Shown here piece by piece: positions 1-8,201 of a stretch of 37,390 nt of DNA. Positions within the stretch are counted from its first letter, which is position 1; each line of letters begins with the position of its first letter. The position numbers and the translations under genes were made by a program. Source of the stretch: a virus (taxonomy: Duplodnaviria > Caudoviricetes); the IMG/VR virus record IMGVR_UViG_3300020044_006524, positions 1 to 37,390 of that record. One strand, 5' to 3'. The notes beneath the pieces were generated by a model that was given only the letters and a program-made list of their open reading frames with translations, made no database searches and was not told the origin of the DNA.

Positions 1-19
1 CGCTGGAGTAAGTAACACA

Positions 20-262
20 ATGAGCACGGTTCCAGACCCTAAAGAAAAACTAGACGCGCTCGCATACGAGTCAGCGTGGGCATTCGTCCACTGCGTAGAG
101 AACGGCGAGACTAAGTCTGAGCCGCACCGGAGGCTTGCGGCGAAGTTCCTTGAGGCTTACGCTGACCGATACAATGACGAAAATTGCAGGTATCGTGCAC
201 AGAAGTTGAGGGCACAAACCAACTCTGAGGTGAACGACCAAGCTGACACACGCCATGAATAG
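20..262 (+). CDS. hypothetical protein (cassette-borne); reads into attC-like site 1
   Basis: 80 aa ORF with AC-rich leader; its stop overlaps the ATG of the next ORF inside the hairpin. Confidence 0.65.
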   Translation: MSTVPDPKEKLDALAYESAWAFVHCVENGETKSEPHRRLAAKFLEAYADRYNDENCRYRAQKLRAQTNSEVNDQADTRHE

Positions 263-318
263 ACCATCGAAATCACCAAGCAGCGCCGTATGGCGTTGTA
301 TCCAGCGCCTTGTTCGGC
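229..318 (-). mobile_element. attC-like recombination site 1
   Basis: GGTGAAC...CTGA-CACACGCCAT / ATGGCGT-TGTA-TCCAG...GTTCGGC: AAC/GTT ends, unpaired spacer, inner box with one extra base, central stem-loop. Confidence 0.65.
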
Positions 319-563
319 GGTTGTCCGCATGGGCATTGCGCGACGAACTGAGGCTCCAGCAAAACGTCAACGAGGACGCTCAGTCGCTCGTGGACGCCCT
401 GCTACGCGGGGAGCGTGCCGACGCTTACTGCGGCTATGGGCGAGACGGGCAGGCGTCCAACTACCGGGACGAACTCAAGTGGTCGCTCCATGAACTCAAG
501 AAGCCGAACGACCAGATGAGCGGCGGCACGTCCGCTCCATCGTCTAGTTCGCCAGCTTTATGA
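255..563 (+). CDS. hypothetical protein (cassette-borne)
   Basis: 102 aa; starts inside site 1, reads through site 2, ATGA overlap with the next gene. Confidence 0.6.
   Translation: MNRPSKSPSSAVWRCIQRLVRRLSAWALRDELRLQQNVNEDAQSLVDALLRGERADAYCGYGRDGQASNYRDELKWSLHELKKPNDQMSGGTSAPSSSSPAL
503..553 (-). mobile_element. attC-like recombination site 2
   Basis: GCCGAAC GACCAG ATGAGCGG CGGCACGT CCGCTCCAT CGTCTA GTTCGCC; shares GAACGACCA with site 1; one extrahelical base. Confidence 0.7.
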
Positions 564-922
564 ACTCGCCAGAACTGATCAAAGCAGAGAAACGCGCTTA
601 CGAGAAAGCGTGGAGATTGAAGAACATCGAACGATGCCGGCAATACTCGCGTGACAACTACGCGAAGAACAAAGAACGCCGCCGCGAATATCGTTCGAAG
701 TGGAACAAGGCCAATCGCGCAAAGAAGAATGCCATAAACAAGCGGTGGCGCGAACGGCACCCGGATGTTGTGAAGGAATGCAACCGCCGCGAAATCGAGA
801 ACCTATCGGCGTCGTATGTAGCCAAGAAAATGCACCTCCGTGTTGGCGAGTGTCCTCCCGAGCTTATCGAACTGAAACGAACCCATATCCAACTTCAAAG
901 ACAACTACGAAAAACAAAATGA
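560..922 (+). CDS. basic helical phage protein, possibly DNA-binding
   Basis: K/R-rich with W/Y-x-x-x-N repeats like those in N-termini of phage HNH proteins; no HNH catalytic motif seen. Confidence 0.7.
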   Translation: MNSPELIKAEKRAYEKAWRLKNIERCRQYSRDNYAKNKERRREYRSKWNKANRAKKNAINKRWRERHPDVVKECNRREIENLSASYVAKKMHLRVGECPPELIELKRTHIQLQRQLRKTK

Positions 923-1125
923 CGACACCAACGAACATGCAAGAACTCCGCGCCGTGCTCTGCGAGACAATCGCAGCCGTTCGCGCAAAAGAAATTACAC
1001 CCGACGCGGCGGAAGCCGTGAGTAATGCCAGCGGCAAAATAGTCGCGAGTTTTAGAGTTGAACTCGAATACCGAAGGATGCGCGGGGAAGTGCCAACACT
1101 CGGTTTTATGGAGGGCGCGAAATGA
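919..1125 (+). CDS. conserved-type phage hypothetical protein
   Basis: ATG at 919 (MTTPTNMQELR) overlaps the upstream stop; ATGA overlap downstream. Confidence 0.7.
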   Translation: MTTPTNMQELRAVLCETIAAVRAKEITPDAAEAVSNASGKIVASFRVELEYRRMRGEVPTLGFMEGAK

Positions 1126-1628
1126 CCAAGGAACAAGAAGACGCGCTGCTTGATGCCCCGAAACCTGCAAAGTGTTATGGGGTTAATCCAGCCAACACCC
1201 CTCGCACCGATGCGGCAACGCTTCCTTGCGGATGGGACACAACGGACCCCGTAGTAAAAAAAACCTTCGCGCAGAAATTAGAACAGGAATTGAGCACAAC
1301 TCGCGACGCCTTCGCCGCGCTGATTTACAGCGCCGAAGAAGCGTCGAAACTGATTATTTCTGTCACTGACAGATACGACATTGACGCGGCGATTGAGTCA
1401 GCAAAAGCGGTGATGGCAAATAAGGATTCAAACGAGGCTGATGCATCATGGGCGATGCAACGCAACTGGTGGCTGAACGTCTATCCAGATGGTAAAATTT
1501 CATCCGCTCTATGTCCGACCCGTGAGGATGCGCTGAATCGTAGCACCTACACTGGCGAGACTCCAGACGCGCAGCAGGTCGAAGTGAGGCTGCACATTGT
1601 GAGGCTGGCGAACAATCCAGATCACTAA
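1122..1628 (+). CDS. hypothetical protein
   Basis: 168 aa; TPRTDA motif common in phage early proteins; ends in the attI-like half-site. Confidence 0.7.
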   Translation: MTKEQEDALLDAPKPAKCYGVNPANTPRTDAATLPCGWDTTDPVVKKTFAQKLEQELSTTRDAFAALIYSAEEASKLIISVTDRYDIDAAIESAKAVMANKDSNEADASWAMQRNWWLNVYPDGKISSALCPTREDALNRSTYTGETPDAQQVEVRLHIVRLANNPDH

Positions 1629-1660
1629 CAAATTTGTCGGAATACTCCTGCACAAGATTA
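1604..1660 (-). mobile_element. putative attI-like terminal site of the cassette array
   Basis: GCTGGCGAAC (1604-1613) is the exact reverse complement of GTTCGCCAGC (547-556); no attC hairpin follows; right boundary approximate. Confidence 0.5.
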
Positions 1661-1678
1661 AAAACCAACTAAACCAAC

Positions 1679-2026
1679 ATGCAAAAACTGAAAATCAACC
1701 TGCTAAAGCTCCACGGAGTCAAGCAATTTACATCCAAAGAAGGGACCGATTTCATCGCGATTCCGATTGCGGCGAATAACCTATTCGTGAACGACAAAAG
1801 CGTTTATCTCGACGCTACGGCACTCGAAAACAAAGAAGGAAAAGACCGATACCAGAACGACGGCTTCATTACTTTGGACATTCCGAAAGAAGCCCGAGAA
1901 GCGGGGGAGAAAGGGCCGATTATCGGGAATTGGAAGCACGTTGAGGTAAAGCCGAAAGCTGCCGCTCCAAAGGCTAAGGCTGCGCCTCCGAAGGATGACT
2001 TGGAGGATTCAGCCATTCCGTTTTAA
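1679..2026 (+). CDS. ssb: single-stranded DNA-binding protein (putative)
   Basis: OB-fold-sized beta-rich body, P/A/K linker, acidic tail DDLEDSAIPF. Confidence 0.7.
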   Translation: MQKLKINLLKLHGVKQFTSKEGTDFIAIPIAANNLFVNDKSVYLDATALENKEGKDRYQNDGFITLDIPKEAREAGEKGPIIGNWKHVEVKPKAAAPKAKAAPPKDDLEDSAIPF

Positions 2027-2044
2027 CCTCACCACAACCGCACT

Positions 2045-2080
2045 AAAAACCCCGCTCTTTAACCGGAGCGGGGTTTCTTT
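2045..2080. terminator. bidirectional intrinsic terminator
   Basis: AAAAACCCCGCTC-TTTAACCG-GAGCGGGGTTTCTTT between convergent genes. Confidence 0.8.
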
Positions 2081-2685
2081 GCGTTTATAGCGAGCTTTAT
2101 CAATTCGTCTCTAAATGCAATCGGGGTAGCATTGGCTTCTTTCTTGTTCAAGCTTGGCTTGTTCCTCCAAGGTTCCAAAGCTCTTATTCCCTGAGTGCAT
2201 TTCATTCCTACTTGATGCGTGCCTGTTTTTCGCTCCCATAATAGGCAGTGCGGCGGGGTTTGTCCGTAATAATACAGCCACGTAGCTTTATTCGCTCTGT
2301 GTCCGTATGCGGATTGCCAGACTTCACAGACCCATCCTCCGCATTCTACTAATTGCCATCCCATTTGCACTGGCGATGTGATTCCGTGCTTTGAGAACGC
2401 CTTAGACATTGCAGGGTGTTCTAATACGCCTCCGCATCGCCTCACGTTATCAAGCGCAGATTGGAAGCATCCTGCGTCGTTTCCGGGCCTATTGTGTTCG
2501 CCTCCCCATCGAGCGAAATTAACGCAAGAAAGGTTTCCCCACAGTTGACACGGAGGATGCGCCACAACCGGCAACTCCCCTTTGTATTTTCGCGCATCTC
2601 TTTCTTCTGGCCATGCGTCTATAAAATCAATGTCTGCATAGCATCCGTCAGTCTGGATAAACAATGCTGCAATCTTTTTAGTCAT
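2059..2685 (-). CDS. DNA cytosine methyltransferase-like protein
   Basis: IAALF N-terminus, HPPCQ (motif IV-like), LEHP (motif VI-like), KATWLY; likely start MTKKIAALF at 2685. Confidence 0.65.
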   Translation of the reverse strand: MTKKIAALFIQTDGCYADIDFIDAWPEERDARKYKGELPVVAHPPCQLWGNLSCVNFARWGGEHNRPGNDAGCFQSALDNVRRCGGVLEHPAMSKAFSKHGITSPVQMGWQLVECGGWVCEVWQSAYGHRANKATWLYYYGQTPPHCLLWERKTGTHQVGMKCTQGIRALEPWRNKPSLNKKEANATPIAFRDELIKLAINAKKPRSG

Positions 2686-2812
2686 TGTCTTCTTTCCTGC
2701 ACTTCCGGCACCGATAGAAACAAGTTCCGTCATCCGCCATTCCGACGAAAACGGCTTCGTGATCGCAGTCATCGGGTTCTGGTTCTGGTTCCTGTTCAGT
2801 CTCCATGTTCAT
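2678..2812 (-). CDS. small Cys-rich (zinc-ribbon-like) protein, not in the ORF track
   Basis: MNMETEQEPEPEPDDCDH...CFYRCRKCRKEDND, 44 aa, overlaps both neighbours. Confidence 0.5.
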   Translation of the reverse strand: MNMETEQEPEPEPDDCDHEAVFVGMADDGTCFYRCRKCRKEDND

Positions 2813-2969
2813 CCGGTAAAACCTCCATCGTGAGCTTAACTTGCCTGTATAACGGCACTCGCTTCATCTGCACGATTTGCTCCCGCGTGGCGATGAAAAT
2901 CAGCCTTGGCGTTCCTTCGTCATCGTTGCCGATTTCCACTAGTTCGGCGGTTAGTGATTGCGGTTCCAT
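2796..2969 (-). CDS. hypothetical protein
   Basis: MEPQSLTAELVEIG..., starts immediately after the upstream stop. Confidence 0.55.
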   Translation of the reverse strand: MEPQSLTAELVEIGNDDEGTPRLIFIATREQIVQMKRVPLYRQVKLTMEVLPDEHGD

Positions 2970-2970
2970 A

Positions 2971-3339
2971 CTACCAAAGTCCAAGGGTTTTTCCGAATGC
3001 GTCTGCGCGTTGGGCGGCGTCCGCAAAAACTGCCATTGCATTCAAATAGGATTCGTCTTGTTTGTCTGGATTCATGACGCGAGCCTCGCAAACAATTCTT
3101 CCGAGCCACCAAACGTAATCAGCAGTATATGGCATGTGTTTCGTGCTCTCCGCCTCGTCCATCGCGTTTAGGTCGTTGAGATAGTCGGGAGGAAATCGGT
3201 ATTCGTCTTTTACGTTTGGCGGCCTTCCAATAGGGTCGCCTTGTATTACTCGTAAACTCGTCCACCCACACGCCTCCGCAATCGCGATGCGCTTTTGTTC
3301 CGGTGTTAGTTCTGTTGTGTTCATAGGTTTATGGTTCAT
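2971..3339 (-). CDS. phage ABA-sandwich-like domain protein
   Basis: IAIAEACGW...PDYLNDLNAM...A.AAQRA.AF pattern. Confidence 0.6.
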   Translation of the reverse strand: MNHKPMNTTELTPEQKRIAIAEACGWTSLRVIQGDPIGRPPNVKDEYRFPPDYLNDLNAMDEAESTKHMPYTADYVWWLGRIVCEARVMNPDKQDESYLNAMAVFADAAQRADAFGKTLGLW

Positions 3340-3614
3340 ATCGTAAAAAATACGTTCTTACGCTTTGTCTCTTTCGGAAGATAAGCAATTTGACGCTTAC
3401 GGCTGTAGCTCCAATAGGCTAGTGACGAATCGTTGCTGCCGTAAATGTCTTCGTGGCAATAGCCGAAGTCTTTCACTTCGTTGAATAGCTCTTTTGTGCA
3501 TTGCAAAACCTTGAGCTTTTCCTTCGTTCCAGTTGCATCTTTTCGCGCCTCAGTTTTCGTTGTCCCGACGCCCCAAATGATATCGTCTTTGTCGATAGCA
3601 ATGTAGTATTTCAT
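3336..3614 (-). CDS. hypothetical protein
   Basis: 92 aa ORF in a tightly packed operon. Confidence 0.65.
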   Translation of the reverse strand: MKYYIAIDKDDIIWGVGTTKTEARKDATGTKEKLKVLQCTKELFNEVKDFGYCHEDIYGSNDSSLAYWSYSRKRQIAYLPKETKRKNVFFTI

Positions 3615-3618
3615 AGGT

Positions 3619-3804
3619 TTATTTGTTCTCTGGTTCTATCAAGTATTCACACTCAAAGGCAATAATCATCGGCGGCTGAATCATCGAAACCGTTTCCGAC
3701 CTCGGTGCGGTTCTTCTAAGGCAAGTCTCGCAACCTTCCCGCCAGTATTGAACGCCGTTTTCTATGCTTCCGGCGCCGTCGCATCGGGCTGTGTCATTGG
3801 TCAT
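3619..3804 (-). CDS. small Cys-rich phage protein
   Basis: D.ARCDG...CETCLRR...CEYLI. Confidence 0.65.
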   Translation of the reverse strand: MTNDTARCDGAGSIENGVQYWREGCETCLRRTAPRSETVSMIQPPMIIAFECEYLIEPENK

Positions 3805-4139
3805 GACAGGTCAATAATTCGCGCTTCGTATCGGTTCGTTTTCTCGTTCTTTCGCCATCCGTAAACGAGGATTTTCCATCCCGCCTTACGAACGGCTGAT
3901 ACGTGTTCTGACTCCGCTATTTTCTTCACGCGGGCTGATACAGAGGTCCAGCTTGTAGCTTGCACGGCAATAGTTTCCTCTCCGCGCAAAGCGATAATGT
4001 CGATAAACCCAAAAAGGTCTTTTCGGACTCCGCCCTTGCGCCCAAAAAAAGACTGCCAGTGTTCGACAACCTGCACGGCATCGCAGTCCTCCCGTAGCTT
4101 GTCAAGTGTGCATTGCGTTGGTGATTTCTTCATTTTCAT
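3801..4139 (-). CDS. PD-(D/E)XK-family nuclease (Holliday-junction resolvase/VRR-NUC-like)
   Basis: DLFGFIDIIAL...IAVQAT motif, 112 aa. Confidence 0.7.
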   Translation of the reverse strand: MKMKKSPTQCTLDKLREDCDAVQVVEHWQSFFGRKGGVRKDLFGFIDIIALRGEETIAVQATSWTSVSARVKKIAESEHVSAVRKAGWKILVYGWRKNEKTNRYEARIIDLS

Positions 4140-4438
4140 TTGTCTCCTTTCATTGCTGAATCAATTTCAGCATCCGATGCGCCAGTTGCGAATTTAATCG
4201 CAACTAAGTCACCTATGTTTTCGGCGCAATGATTGAGTCTCCATTTCAGCCGCTCAACCTCTGCTTTCAACTCCCTGCAAACGCTGCTCAGCCGCCAGTT
4301 CTCGCGTTCAGATTTCAGTTGCTCAACCTCTTTCCTCGCCTCGTCGCGCTCTAGCTCAAGCTTTTCAGCGTGAACGCATAGCCGAAACTTTCCGCATCCT
4401 GTTGCGAATAACGCATCCGTCTCCGGTGTGTCGCTCAT
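4136..4438 (-). CDS. hypothetical coiled-coil protein
   Basis: MSDTPETDA...KLELERDEAR; likely start 4438. Confidence 0.65.
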   Translation of the reverse strand: MSDTPETDALFATGCGKFRLCVHAEKLELERDEARKEVEQLKSERENWRLSSVCRELKAEVERLKWRLNHCAENIGDLVAIKFATGASDAEIDSAMKGDK

Positions 4439-4626
4439 AATCCTTTCCTCCTTAGCTCGATTTCTTCCGCCTGTGTAGCCATGCGAAACGCAAAAGCTGT
4501 GTCGATTCCGAAGAATGCAGCCACCTCGCGCCATTTCAGCCCCTCGCGTTTCTTGGCGAGAACTTTGAACCATCGGTCCTCTGCCTTTTCGCGTCTGCGT
4601 TTGTGGTATGCTTCGTGTGTTGTCAT
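4435..4626 (-). CDS. small HTH DNA-binding protein
   Basis: KREGLKWREVAAFFGI helix-turn-helix pattern; likely start 4626. Confidence 0.6.
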   Translation of the reverse strand: MTTHEAYHKRRREKAEDRWFKVLAKKREGLKWREVAAFFGIDTAFAFRMATQAEEIELRRKGL

Positions 4627-5099
4627 ATTGTGATCTGCCTTGCGTATCGTGTGTCGATTACTACCCAATCCGCGAACTTGCTGCACAGAGCGGGCTTGTC
4701 CTGTTTCCTCGTGTCGCCAAGCGAAAGCGCGGTTTTGCACTTTTCTCGCAGAGCTTTCAGCTCTTTCCCGCGCTCGCTGTGAATCGGGAATTGAGCGCAT
4801 CCGCATTCGCATTCAAGCTTTGAAGTTCCATCCCAATAGACTTTATCCAAGCAGTAAAAACGCTTGTTTTCGCAAATGACAAACGTCCTGATTTTCGGCG
4901 GCTTAATTTGCGGAAGCCCTTGCTGTTGCCTTTCTATGTTCTCAGCCTTCTTCGCCATCTTCGGCAGGGAATCGGGATTGCAGTTGTAATGCGCCGCAAT
5001 CTCCCGCCACTTAAATCCGTGACGCCTCATTTTTAAGACGGAAAACCATCTTTCGACATCTTCGTCTCGTTTTGTTTTATGTTCTGTTGTTGTGTTCAT
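4623..5099 (-). CDS. HTH protein with Cys-rich C-terminal region
   Basis: RRHGFKWREIAAHYNC; paralogous to the downstream gene. Confidence 0.6.
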   Translation of the reverse strand: MNTTTEHKTKRDEDVERWFSVLKMRRHGFKWREIAAHYNCNPDSLPKMAKKAENIERQQQGLPQIKPPKIRTFVICENKRFYCLDKVYWDGTSKLECECGCAQFPIHSERGKELKALREKCKTALSLGDTRKQDKPALCSKFADWVVIDTRYARQITI

Positions 5100-6469
5100 A
5101 AATTTTCAAATCGTGCGTATTCCTTCACGTATCGGAGTTCAACTGTTTCTTGCGCGGGTCCGTTGCGCTGCTTTCCAATGTAGATTTCTGCTTTTCCGCG
5201 CAGTGATTCAAGCTCAGGATCGTCTGGTTCGCAATCCATTTCTGGCCGGTCCAACAGTCCAATATTATCAGCATCTTGTTCAATTGCGCCTGTCTCTCTG
5301 ATGTCGCTTATTTTTGCCTTTCGCCTTTCCTTGACAGATGAGCGGTTTATCTGCGCTAAAACGACAACCGGAATTTGCAACTCTTTCGACATCATCTTCA
5401 AACCTCGCGACACTTCAGCAACCTCCTGTTCGCGATTGCCAGCTTTCTTCCCGTCGCTTGTCATCAACTGCAAATAATCCCCGATGAAAACAACGTGAGC
5501 GTGCCCGCTCTTTCGTAGCTCGCGGACCTTTGCGCGTGCTTTCGAGCGGATCTTCTGAATGCTTCCGCCCGTCTCTCCGGTGTCGATAATGGTCACAAGC
5601 GAAGTAGCGAGTTGTTGCGCTGCCGCAGTTAAAGAAGGCCAATCGCGTTCCGTCATATGCCCGTCGCGGACCCGCTGCCGGTTCAATCGTGCGAGCGAAT
5701 AAACTAAGCGTGCCATGAGTTGTTTTGGCGACATTTCAAGCGAGACGAAGATAACAGGAATCCCGAGGCGAAGTATGACGTGCTCCGTTATGGCCAGCGC
5801 AAACGCTGTTTTTCCTACACCGGGACGCGCTGCGAAAACCGTCATTTCCTCGGGATGAAGTCCGTTCGTCAAAAGGTCATACTGGGTGAATCCGGTTTCG
5901 CTTCCTGTGATCTTCCCCTTGTTCTCATACAGGGTTTTTACGTCCTCGATTACAGCCGTGACGAGTTGCTTATTGCTTTGCTCTGCCCGTCCTGCCTTGC
6001 CTTCCGAAAGCGTCAATACTTTGGATTCAAACTCCGACGCCAGCGTTTCAGCTTCGTGTTGCTCGTCATAAGCGCGTGATGCGAACTCTGTTCCAAGCTT
6101 GATGATTCTCCGTAGCCTTAGCTTTGCCCCTGCTACGTCGATGTAATATTGCAGGTTCCCAGCCGTCGGAAGGAACGTGTAAAGCTCGTTTATAAAACCA
6201 GAGCCTCCTACGCCTTCAAGAGCGTTCCTGTCGCGCAGATAGGTTGTCAGGCTGATAAACGACAACTGCCCGCTAGGAGCGTCGAGAATAGCCCGCATTG
6301 CCTGCCACACCGTCGCGTGCGCCGGAATGTGAAACCAGTCCGCGTCAACTCCTGCATCGTCGCAAATCGCTACGCACTCGTAAGGCGCAAGAATGATGCT
6401 CGCAAGTATGCCTTTCTCCGCGTCTGGACTCTGCGGGAGGATGCGGTGAATGTCGGGTAGGTAGGTCAT
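5096..6469 (-). CDS. dnaB: replicative DNA helicase
   Basis: PQSPDAEKGILASII N-domain, Walker A AARPGVGKT, SLEMS, DYLQL, LAQINR, IRETGAIEQDAD, KQRNGP. Confidence 0.97.
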   Translation of the reverse strand: MTYLPDIHRILPQSPDAEKGILASIILAPYECVAICDDAGVDADWFHIPAHATVWQAMRAILDAPSGQLSFISLTTYLRDRNALEGVGGSGFINELYTFLPTAGNLQYYIDVAGAKLRLRRIIKLGTEFASRAYDEQHEAETLASEFESKVLTLSEGKAGRAEQSNKQLVTAVIEDVKTLYENKGKITGSETGFTQYDLLTNGLHPEEMTVFAARPGVGKTAFALAITEHVILRLGIPVIFVSLEMSPKQLMARLVYSLARLNRQRVRDGHMTERDWPSLTAAAQQLATSLVTIIDTGETGGSIQKIRSKARAKVRELRKSGHAHVVFIGDYLQLMTSDGKKAGNREQEVAEVSRGLKMMSKELQIPVVVLAQINRSSVKERRKAKISDIRETGAIEQDADNIGLLDRPEMDCEPDDPELESLRGKAEIYIGKQRNGPAQETVELRYVKEYARFENL

Positions 6470-6606
6470 TCCTCTAGTTTCTTTTCATCTTCATTGATTC
6501 TTTCCATCCACTCGTTCGCCTCGGCTTCCGCTCGCTTTGGGTTTCTTCCTAGCGCGAGTGCTTCATTGAGTCTGTAGGTCCATTCGCGAGTTTCCTCAGC
6601 GGTCAT
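6466..6606 (-). CDS. small hypothetical protein, not in the ORF track
   Basis: MTAEETREWTYRLNEALALG..., 46 aa, ATGA-coupled to dnaB. Confidence 0.55.
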   Translation of the reverse strand: MTAEETREWTYRLNEALALGRNPKRAEAEANEWMERINEDEKKLEE

Positions 6607-6826
6607 TCTTCGCCTCCAATTCCGCCGCCCTTAGCTCGTCCTCCGCGTCCTGTAGCTTATGCGATGCCTCGCCTATCTCCCACTTCTTTTCCGTGGTCTG
6701 CGCGTCGTAGTTATCCCTTGCATCACGGAGGATGTCGTAGTGCTCCTGCGCTTTCTCGCACGCGATTCTTGCGGCTCTTAGGCGGTTCGGTTTTGATTCT
6801 GGGATTTCGTTGAATAGTTCGTTCAT
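6596..6826 (-). CDS. hypothetical coiled-coil protein
   Basis: 76 aa, overlapping start/stop. Confidence 0.65.
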   Translation of the reverse strand: MNELFNEIPESKPNRLRAARIACEKAQEHYDILRDARDNYDAQTTEKKWEIGEASHKLQDAEDELRAAELEAKNDR

Positions 6827-7236
6827 TTTGGTTCCTCCTTTTTGGTGAAGCTCAACAACGCATTCACGTGTGATAATGCCGCTGATTCCGTAAGATGAAC
6901 TAGTCCACTATTGAGATTAAAAATATCAATCCCATTTCCGGCCCATTTTAGTTGCTCAACAAACGTGTATCTTACCTGCGGAACGTAATAAATATCACCA
7001 ATCTCCGGCTTCTCCCGCATCGGCTCCGGCACCTCGATTCCGTTGATTAGGATGAAGCGGGGCTTGCGGCGGTATTCCCACCCTTGATAAAATGCGAAAT
7101 CAACTTTTCCGTCAATCCAATCTGCGTCGTAGATTGACTTATACTGCCATCGTTCCCAAGGCGTCTCAGTTTCGGCTGCGTCTCGTGCGTATTGAAGCAT
7201 AAGTGCTGCGTGTTTGTGTGGTTTGTTCATGTTCAT
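6823..7236 (-). CDS. conserved-type phage hypothetical protein
   Basis: PHKHAALMLQYA...PWERWQ...EYRRKP...INGIEVPEP; likely start 7236. Confidence 0.7.
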   Translation of the reverse strand: MNMNKPHKHAALMLQYARDAAETETPWERWQYKSIYDADWIDGKVDFAFYQGWEYRRKPRFILINGIEVPEPMREKPEIGDIYYVPQVRYTFVEQLKWAGNGIDIFNLNSGLVHLTESAALSHVNALLSFTKKEEPK

Positions 7237-7340
7237 TCTGTTTTGGTTTGGTTGTTTGTTATCAGTGCGGCTTCTTTCCCCGCCGGTCATGGTTTTCTTT
7301 CCCAAAGCATCACGGAATCTTCATCCGTGAATGGAGTGGT

Positions 7341-7649
7341 TTAAGCCACTAAAACCCCGCGCTGATTCGCGAATTTCTCGAAATCAAACAGCGTCGATTT
7401 CTTCATCGTTACGGACACGGCACCTTGTCCAAACATCGAAGCAAAAAGAGTCTTTCCGATTTCTGTCACAGCCTCTATCTCAACTTCCGTTGATTCAAAT
7501 GTGAATGGTTTTACGCGAATGTCAGGTTGCTTTTCGCTTTGAACGTCTAGCTCAATAAGTGGAGTAATCATACTTTGGTTTTTGGTGCTCATGTGTTCTG
7601 TTTCCCCTCTTTTATACGTCATATCAAAAACGTCAAATGATTTTTTCAT
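7341..7649 (-). CDS. hypothetical protein
   Basis: 102 aa ORF directly after the upstream stop. Confidence 0.55.
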   Translation of the reverse strand: MKKSFDVFDMTYKRGETEHMSTKNQSMITPLIELDVQSEKQPDIRVKPFTFESTEVEIEAVTEIGKTLFASMFGQGAVSVTMKKSTLFDFEKFANQRGVLVA

Positions 7650-8201
7650 TTATTTTCGTTTCTCTCTGGAAAACTCATCTTTCATGTAGCCTCTGGCCTT
7701 TGAGAACTCGGCGTATTCGTAGCCTTTTTCCTTCATCCATTCGCGCCAGCCTTCGGGGTCTGTCTGCTTTGCTGATGTCGCCTTTGGAGCCTTTGCCCTT
7801 GCTCTGTCAAGCTCTCCTGCGAAGTTGTTCAGGAACGTGCCAAGGTCGCGCCTGTGAAGCCCTTTCTCGCCTTTTGACCGCTCTGCGGCGTAGTAACGCT
7901 CGATTAGTTCCAAGTCCGCGATTTGAATCCGTCCGGCGGCTTTGTATGACTTGATTTCAGACTCATTCCACGGCGTTGCATGACTTCGCCCGAAAAGGTC
8001 CGCTATCCGCTTGCTGATTTCCGTTGTCGGAACGTTCACTTTCATCGCCCTCGCTGTTTTTTGCATTTGCTTGTATTCCGAGCATGAGTGCCCTTTTAGC
8101 ACTTTGGGCCATCGGTAGTCGTCAACCGGAGGATTGCGTTTGCAAAATGCGTTGAACTCCTCTTCGTGGTAGTGAATGCAGGTTTGGCAGGTTCGGGTCA
8201 T
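7650..8201 (-). CDS. hypothetical protein with N-terminal Cys4 domain and helical C-terminal domain
   Basis: CQTC...CKRNPP...WPKV...CSEY; C-terminus RRDLGTFLNNF may be replication-associated. Confidence 0.6.
   Translation of the reverse strand: MTRTCQTCIHYHEEEFNAFCKRNPPVDDYRWPKVLKGHSCSEYKQMQKTARAMKVNVPTTEISKRIADLFGRSHATPWNESEIKSYKAAGRIQIADLELIERYYAAERSKGEKGLHRRDLGTFLNNFAGELDRARAKAPKATSAKQTDPEGWREWMKEKGYEYAEFSKARGYMKDEFSREKRK

Noticed and set aside
2052-2063. boxA-like CGCTCTTTAAC
   Set aside because: It is part of a terminator stem-loop between convergent genes, with no boxB or N-like gene; probably chance.
2461-3171. Long opposite-strand ORFs (also 8255..8764, 17251..17778, 27149..27718, 32009..32656)
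   Set aside because: They are antisense shadows of well-supported genes, with no motifs.
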